From sequence record SRR31156797_401: DNA of 64,000 nucleotides; one strand, 5' to 3'. The position numbers and the translations under genes are program-made. Numbering within the stretch: position 1 is the first letter of the stretch; the number at the start of each line of letters is the position of its first letter. The notes under the pieces were generated by a model, which had not been told where the DNA came from, ran no database searches, and saw only the letters and a program-made list of their open reading frames with translations. Below, in pieces: positions 58,150-64,000 of this stretch.

Positions 58150-59085
58150 TTATTTCCACCAGCGATGGTGCATACTTAAAGTACGCGCAAAAGATCGCGG
58201 TAAAACTGAATATCTTCGGCCAAGCCCATATGCAAAATATTTCAATGCGTTACGAAATAGACTATGGAGAATGAGTATATATTTTTTTCTGTTGAAAAGA
58301 AAGGTAATCTCAGAAAGAACAAAACGTTTGCCGGCACCTGTGGGGGTACCAAAATGAGACACTAACGCCTGCTCAAAGGTATGGAGCACCCCGATATCAA
58401 AATAACGTTTCACATCCTGTACAAGGGTATAATTATGAGAGTGGTACACTTGGGCATCGCTGACATATTGCACACAAAAACCATGCTGCAGAAGCTTGAC
58501 AAGTGTACATGTGTCCTCACCAAAGAGAACATTATCTGGGAAAAATCCGACTTCAGCCAAAACATCCTTTCGATAGGCGGCACAAGAGTTTGAAATGAAG
58601 ATGGTCTTAAAGCCATAGACTTCCCGGTCATGCCAGCAACGAATATAGCCCTGTTCAGGATAATTATAAAATCGCAGATGCTTGCTTAGCAAAGTTGCAT
58701 CCAAATGAGGCAATTGTCGAGCATAGGTAACGGCTATTGATTCATTCAGCAAAAGAGGGGCAACAAGCTTTTCAAGAGTAGACGCATCTTTTGGTACAGC
58801 ATCCTGGGTCAAGTAGACAAGAATATCTCCTTGCGCGTGCATTGCGGCCATGGTTCGAGTGCCACCATGGTCAAATTCGTCATTGGGTATACTGATAACC
58901 CGCACACCATGACGTTGACAAAGTGATACTGTCTGGTCAGTTGAACCTGAATCAATGACAAGCACCTCGTGGATTGATAAAGACTGCACATCCAGCATAG
59001 CAAGAACATCTTCAATCCAAGGTTCGCCGTTAAAGGTGGGTATAATGACCGTAACCAAGCATTGCATTGTCAACTGATTCGCCAT
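58150..59085 (-). CDS. GT2 glycosyltransferase (rhamnosyltransferase-like)
   Basis: IPTFNG, IDSGSTD, FDHGGTR, LTQDA, YARQLP, FGED, VYHSHNY. Confidence 0.9.
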   Translation of the reverse strand: MANQLTMQCLVTVIIPTFNGEPWIEDVLAMLDVQSLSIHEVLVIDSGSTDQTVSLCQRHGVRVISIPNDEFDHGGTRTMAAMHAQGDILVYLTQDAVPKDASTLEKLVAPLLLNESIAVTYARQLPHLDATLLSKHLRFYNYPEQGYIRCWHDREVYGFKTIFISNSCAAYRKDVLAEVGFFPDNVLFGEDTCTLVKLLQHGFCVQYVSDAQVYHSHNYTLVQDVKRYFDIGVLHTFEQALVSHFGTPTGAGKRFVLSEITFLFNRKKYILILHSLFRNALKYFAYGLGRRYSVLPRSFARTLSMHHRWWK

Positions 59086-59094
59086 ACAAATAAA

Positions 59095-59931
59095 CTAAAC
59101 CTTAAAAACTCTAACCAAAAGCCACTTAAAAACTGCCCATACAATGTATATTGAAGGGTGCTTTTGATATAACACAATTTCATTTTTTGCTGACATTTCT
59201 CTTAAAAAGTAAGCGACATCAGCTCTTTTCTTACTCCACCCTCGGCAATGGTAGACAACTAAACGAGGATCATAAAAAATTTTCCAACCATGTTTTCGTA
59301 AACGTAGACTCAGTTCAATATCTTCTTTGTATAAAAAAAAGTCCGGATCAAAGATACCGCCTTCAGGTAAAGCCGCCTCTAGCAACGCTTCTTTTCGACA
59401 CACGAGAAACCCACCACAAGCGGCGGAGAGAAAGGTACTGTGATCATACTGTCCCGCATCTCGCTCGCCAAGCCCTCTGTCATACCAACGGCCATAAAAT
59501 TTTCGAAATATGCCAGTAGAGTCGATGAGGCCTGTCGGGAGGTTCCGCTCTATGTCATAATGAAGTAATTTTGCTGTTAAGCATGCCACCTGCGGCATTT
59601 GCTGTAAACGCAGTATTGCTTGTTCCAGGGTTAGCTGCTGCACAAAAAGATCAGGATTGATAAATGCAACGAACGTAGTTTCCGAAGGACATAAGGCAAA
59701 CCCAATATTGTTAGCTGCGGAAAACCCTATGTTTGATGTCCGATATAGAGTAACACGAATATTATCAGTATATTGATCCAGGTAATCAGAACATGACGAT
59801 CCGGAATCTACAATTATAATAGATAACGTGACACCATTCTGCAGCAATAGTCTATTGACACATTCATGAATAACTGCCTCTGAATTATGAGTTACAATTA
59901 TTGCAGCGACTGCTTCCATACAGCAGCTCAA
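59095..59931 (-). CDS. GT2 glycosyltransferase
   Basis: IVTHNS, VDSGS, GFSAANN, FINPD, FFLYKEDIELS. Confidence 0.88.
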   Translation of the reverse strand: MSCCMEAVAAIIVTHNSEAVIHECVNRLLLQNGVTLSIIIVDSGSSCSDYLDQYTDNIRVTLYRTSNIGFSAANNIGFALCPSETTFVAFINPDLFVQQLTLEQAILRLQQMPQVACLTAKLLHYDIERNLPTGLIDSTGIFRKFYGRWYDRGLGERDAGQYDHSTFLSAACGGFLVCRKEALLEAALPEGGIFDPDFFLYKEDIELSLRLRKHGWKIFYDPRLVVYHCRGWSKKRADVAYFLREMSAKNEIVLYQKHPSIYIVWAVFKWLLVRVFKV

Positions 59932-60980
59932 GTAAAAAAACGTTTATACAAATTGAAGCAGGCATTTCCTTTCCCCAGTGCACGACGCCGCCGCATAATA
60001 GAATCAAGCACTTCAATTTCACTTGCTTTCAGAATCTTATCGAGATCACTTATGGGCTTTTGTAATTTTTCTGGGTAAAGCAACCTATGTTTGCGACGCA
60101 TCGCGTATGCACTTCTTACTGCCTGCAGAACTCCATGTATATAAGGAATAAACTGTCTTTTTTTGACAACAAAACAAAACCACATGAACTGATAGAAGAA
60201 AAGCAGGAAAAAATATCTGAAAAACAATGAAAAAGGGTAATTCTTCAGTAATACAAAAAATGTATTACGGGTTGAGAGACGAACCGTAAGCGCATTAATT
60301 TTTGAACCTGATGTAGCACTTCCGATGTGATATACTAACGCAGCAGGAGCATACAAGCATTTCTGACCTTTAAAATTAGCCCGTAAATTAATATCTACAT
60401 CTTCCAAGTAAGCAAAAAAATCATTATCAAAAAGGCCTATTTTATCAAAAAACTCTTTTCTATATAACGCTGCCCCTGCACAGGCACCAAAAACGTGACG
60501 CATGGTACTGTAAATTGCAGCATCCTTTTCCATTGTTCCTAGTCTGTAGCCTACCCCACCTCGAAGGAAACCGTCTCCAGCACCATCTAGAATATCTCTA
60601 TTATAATAATTCAGCATTTTTGGGGAAAAGAAGGAATAGTCGCTATACTGCTCCGCGATGCTGATCAATTGCTCCAGACAATTTTCATCCAGTTCCGTGT
60701 CATTGTTGAGAAGGAAGACATAAGGATAAACATTTCGCCCTATGCCTGCATTGACAGCAGCACTAAACCCTCTATTTTCTGCAAAGGAAATACTTCGAAC
60801 CCAACTGTAATTATCGTTAAGCAGTTCTAAGGAGTTATCCACAGACCCATTATCAACAACCGTAACAATAAAGTCTGAAAAGGTTTGCGATTGAAGAGAG
60901 TCAAGACAAGGGCCAAGAAACTTCTCCCCGTTCCAATTGGGAATGACAATATTGACTAAAGCATCAGAAGAGGTCTTCAC
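59928..60980 (-). CDS. GT2 glycosyltransferase
   Basis: IPNWNG, VDNGSVD, GFSAAVN, LLNND, FFAYLEDVD. Confidence 0.9.
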   Translation of the reverse strand: MKTSSDALVNIVIPNWNGEKFLGPCLDSLQSQTFSDFIVTVVDNGSVDNSLELLNDNYSWVRSISFAENRGFSAAVNAGIGRNVYPYVFLLNNDTELDENCLEQLISIAEQYSDYSFFSPKMLNYYNRDILDGAGDGFLRGGVGYRLGTMEKDAAIYSTMRHVFGACAGAALYRKEFFDKIGLFDNDFFAYLEDVDINLRANFKGQKCLYAPAALVYHIGSATSGSKINALTVRLSTRNTFFVLLKNYPFSLFFRYFFLLFFYQFMWFCFVVKKRQFIPYIHGVLQAVRSAYAMRRKHRLLYPEKLQKPISDLDKILKASEIEVLDSIMRRRRALGKGNACFNLYKRFFT

Positions 60981-60992
60981 GAAACAAATACT

Positions 60993-61952
60993 CTACCCTT
61001 CAATATTGCCAGAATCATCATAAATGTCCCTCACAAAATAAATCGGTTTCCGTTGTGATTCATGATAGGTACGCACAACTAACTCTGCTAAAAGTCCCAT
61101 TGTAATAAATTGTACCCCCATAAAGATAAGTAATACAGCCATGAGCAACAGCGGTCTATTCGCAAGCCCGACCCCCAAAAACTGCCGCTGAATAATCATT
61201 ACAAAAGCTATACAAAATCCTAAAAAAGAGGAAACCACACCTACTGTTCCAAAGACATGAAGTGGGCGTGTCGCATAGCTCAGCAAAAACTTAACAGTCA
61301 TAAGGTCAAGAACGACCCTGATGGTTCTAGTAATACCATATTTAGATGTTCCAAAACGTCGTGCACGGTGGTTGACCTTCACTTCAGTAAAAGAAATGCC
61401 CATCCCGCTGGCAATAGCGGGGATAAAACGGTGCATTTCACCGTAAAGATTGATGTTACGAATAACGGTCTTCCGGAACGCTTTGAGTGTACACCCGTAA
61501 TCATGCAAGTTGACCCCGGTTACCCAAGAAATAATTTTATTGGCAATCTGGCTGGGAAGTTTTCGAGACCAAAACGGATCTTTCCTATCGTATCGCCACC
61601 CGGTAACAACGTCAAACCCTTCATTAAGCTTGTCAATCATCGTAGGGATATCATTGGGATCGTTTTGTAGATCACCATCCATTGTCACAATAATTTGTCC
61701 CGAAGCATTATCAAAACCAGCACTCATTGCTGCAGTTTGACCAAAATTCCGCCGGAGACTAACTACTTTAACTCTGGGATCTCCGGTTTGTATCTGAACA
61801 AGAGACTTAAGGGTCTTATCTGTGGATCCATCATCAATAAAAATAATTTCAGATTGGTAGTCCATTTTTGACAAAACACTACTGACTTCGTCATAAAGTA
61901 TACCAACATTTTCTTCTTCGTTAAACAACGGGATAACAAGTGAGATATCCAC
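60993..61952 (-). CDS. Polyprenol-phosphate glycosyltransferase (GtrB/ArnC/DPM-like GT2)
   Basis: IPLFNEEEN, DDGSTD, RRNFGQTAA, MDGDLQNDP, LHDYGC, EMHRFIP and two C-terminal TM helices; GTG start at 61952 after GGAG. Confidence 0.9.
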   Translation of the reverse strand: MDISLVIPLFNEEENVGILYDEVSSVLSKMDYQSEIIFIDDGSTDKTLKSLVQIQTGDPRVKVVSLRRNFGQTAAMSAGFDNASGQIIVTMDGDLQNDPNDIPTMIDKLNEGFDVVTGWRYDRKDPFWSRKLPSQIANKIISWVTGVNLHDYGCTLKAFRKTVIRNINLYGEMHRFIPAIASGMGISFTEVKVNHRARRFGTSKYGITRTIRVVLDLMTVKFLLSYATRPLHVFGTVGVVSSFLGFCIAFVMIIQRQFLGVGLANRPLLLMAVLLIFMGVQFITMGLLAELVVRTYHESQRKPIYFVRDIYDDSGNIEG

Positions 61953-62022
61953 TCCAACTCTCCATTCGTTTGTATGTAAACTTAGTTTATATGAACCCTG
62001 TTTATCTATCAATATGACATAG

Positions 62023-64000
62023 CTACTGCTGTGCAATATAGACATCAGGCCAACAATCATTTCCTGTGTGATGTGTAATTCGCTGAACAGACTCCCAGGG
62101 TGTTCCTATGACCCATAAAAAAATCTCATAGTCGGCTGAATCATGCTCATGCCCTCCTTTACTGGCACCGAAAACCAATACTCCTCCGTCATTGGATACT
62201 TTAGGGAAATATTCGTGACTGTAACTGCTTGGAGAGTCAAACCATTTCTTTATATCGAGAGTTACTGAATCTATAAAGAAAACTGCATTCTGCTGTTTTC
62301 CACCGTGGTCTATTTTATAGAGATAGTCCCCTGCCGAAGACCAGGTCAACTGACACCCCTGCCCAAGCTTGGTGAGATCTCCACCAGAATCCACTGTAAC
62401 CACAGCCCGCTCACTGCCGCGTAATGTCAGAGCAACCAGGTCATCATTCGGCATGACAGAGGGAGTTTCCAACCGCACTGTTTTCGGCAGCACACCGTTT
62501 TCACCGGTCTCCAATACCACAGTTTCCTGACCAGACGCAATATCTAGCTCAACCACCTTATAGCCTTCCCTTAAAAAATATACTGCTTGCCCATTATGAG
62601 ACCACGTCGGAAAGGTAGCGTTTCGAGCAAGTAATGACTCCACCCCGTCTACCAAATTCAACACATACACATCCCAGGCATGATGGTTACGCTGCGAAAC
62701 CCATGGAACATGTGACCTTGCAAAAACTACTTTTTCACCGTTCGGTGATATTCGTGGAAAATATTCTGCATGTGCGTGAGAAGTAAGCTGTATTATTTCT
62801 TGATCCTGGAAAGAGTATTTAAAAATATCATGATTCCCGTTCCTATTTGAGCTCCACACAATAAATCCATGTGTTTTTTCAAGCACTTCTGCAACAGGCT
62901 CATCATTTTTACGTTCTACAATCTGTCCAGTATCAGGTGGCCGAATCGCCCCCAGCTTCTTTACCTTTCTCAGCTGTGGCACTAACAGCAATAAACCTGC
63001 CACGAGCACAATCGCTGCAATAAGCGCAGAACGCTTAAAAAAACGATTTTTTAAAACAGGATCCGACACAGCAGTGCGGCTCGTTGTAAGAAGAAAAACA
63101 ACAAAAGCAATGCCGCCAAAAATATAATCGACAATTTGACTGACTATATGCAAGCCCAGCATCATAACAAGGGAAACAGATTTACTTGCTCCCAAGGCAA
63201 CCATTGCTAAGGTACCACCAGCCTCGTATGTCCCAAACCCCATAAACACAGGAAGAGGCAATGAAGCACCAGCTTCTGCACTGATCAAAGCAATAACAGC
63301 CGCTGCAGGATCATTCTGCACCATCGGAAAACTTACCGCGACACCAACGAACAAGGCGTATAAAGCAACATATTTGCCGATTCTTATACCGATTGATAAA
63401 AGTAACAGGCGCCATCCAATCGCTGCTTTCTTTGCTTCTTCCAAAGCAACAACGATTTTTTTTGCAAAAAGATTAAGCTTTTGCCCAACCCCCTTTTGAA
63501 AAAAAGCATACTGACTGAGTGTATCCGTAATAAGCCGGAAGACAGGGAGAAAAAACAGATAAAAACAAACCAGGATCACGCACAACAGACACAGAATGGG
63601 TACAAGCCATAAAAAATTTCCTGTTCCTAGCATCTGCACAAGAACAAGGCAAACAATGAGTATTGTTAAAGCGATAAGGTCAAAAACAAAACTAATAATA
63701 AGTGAAGAAAAACAGGTCGGCGCTGCAACAGCATATCCTCTGTTTAACATCGCAACATAACTTAACTCGCCAAGCCTAGCAGGCAACATGTCAACAAACA
63801 TATTCCTTGACGCTGTCACCAGAAAAAAATGAAAAAATGAGGGGACTTGTGCTTCGGAAGCGGCAACTATAACTCGATACCTGTAAGCTCTCAAGCTTGT
63901 ACGAAAGATTGAAGCGACAATATACAAAGCAACACAGCTAAAAGGTACTGCAGCAATAACAGCTAAAAGTTTTGGTAAAAAGGAGAGAGATATAGAGGAT
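62023..64000 (-). CDS. 5'-partial: lysylphosphatidylglycerol-synthase-type TM (flippase-like) domain fused to a TolB-like beta-propeller
   Basis: The frame stays open to the window edge. LPARLGE and P..GFGTYE in the TM domain; PD40-like WSSNRNGNHDIF, FPRISPNG, FPTWSHNG and FPKVSNDG. Confidence 0.8.
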   Translation of the reverse strand, partial: SSISLSFLPKLLAVIAAVPFSCVALYIVASIFRTSLRAYRYRVIVAASEAQVPSFFHFFLVTASRNMFVDMLPARLGELSYVAMLNRGYAVAAPTCFSSLIISFVFDLIALTILIVCLVLVQMLGTGNFLWLVPILCLLCVILVCFYLFFLPVFRLITDTLSQYAFFQKGVGQKLNLFAKKIVVALEEAKKAAIGWRLLLLSIGIRIGKYVALYALFVGVAVSFPMVQNDPAAAVIALISAEAGASLPLPVFMGFGTYEAGGTLAMVALGASKSVSLVMMLGLHIVSQIVDYIFGGIAFVVFLLTTSRTAVSDPVLKNRFFKRSALIAAIVLVAGLLLLVPQLRKVKKLGAIRPPDTGQIVERKNDEPVAEVLEKTHGFIVWSSNRNGNHDIFKYSFQDQEIIQLTSHAHAEYFPRISPNGEKVVFARSHVPWVSQRNHHAWDVYVLNLVDGVESLLARNATFPTWSHNGQAVYFLREGYKVVELDIASGQETVVLETGENGVLPKTVRLETPSVMPNDDLVALTLRGSERAVVTVDSGGDLTKLGQGCQLTWSSAGDYLYKIDHGGKQQNAVFFIDSVTLDIKKWFDSPSSYSHEYFPKVSNDGGVLVFGASKGGHEHDSADYEIFLWVIGTPWESVQRITHHTGNDCWPDVYIAQQ

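Noticed and set aside
1-64000. CRISPR arrays, tRNA/rRNA, transposases, integrases, prophage or defence genes
   Set aside because: No repeat-spacer periodicity, cloverleaf or matching protein motifs seen by eye. A covariance-model scan would be needed to exclude small ncRNAs.

Overview
Mostly core chromosome of an anaerobic sulfate reducer. Gene content suggests Desulfobacterota, probably Desulfobulbales; this is inference, not a database result. Left to right: (1) a minus-strand catabolic module of a divergent glycerol-kinase-like FGGY kinase, an unknown permease, a HutC-type GntR with a perfect palindromic operator, EtfAB and a membrane Fe-S/CCG oxidoreductase; (2) hrpB, a radical SAM gene and an MBL hydrolase; (3) a ~10.4 kb redox operon joining a four-subunit 2-oxoacid:ferredoxin oxidoreductase to three Hdr-type proteins; (4) ppsA, phosphoglucomutase, nifU-nifS, thyX and an orphan PilB carrying both MshEN and cyclic-nucleotide-binding domains; (5) an LPS core/msbA cluster; (6) U32 protein, atypical kinase, pyrR-purN-truncated purH, hslR, a divergent folE2, a PilZ protein and an adenylate cyclase; (7) ppaC and a surface-glycan cluster running off the right edge. 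The ORF track misses two selenoproteins, each with an in-frame TGA followed by a SECIS-like hairpin with a GGTC apical loop. One is an 809-aa HdrA-MvhD (U210). The other is a secreted 377-aa UshA-like protein (CGU49) whose metallophosphoesterase site is degenerate. No rRNA, tRNA, CRISPR array, integrase or transposase was recognised.
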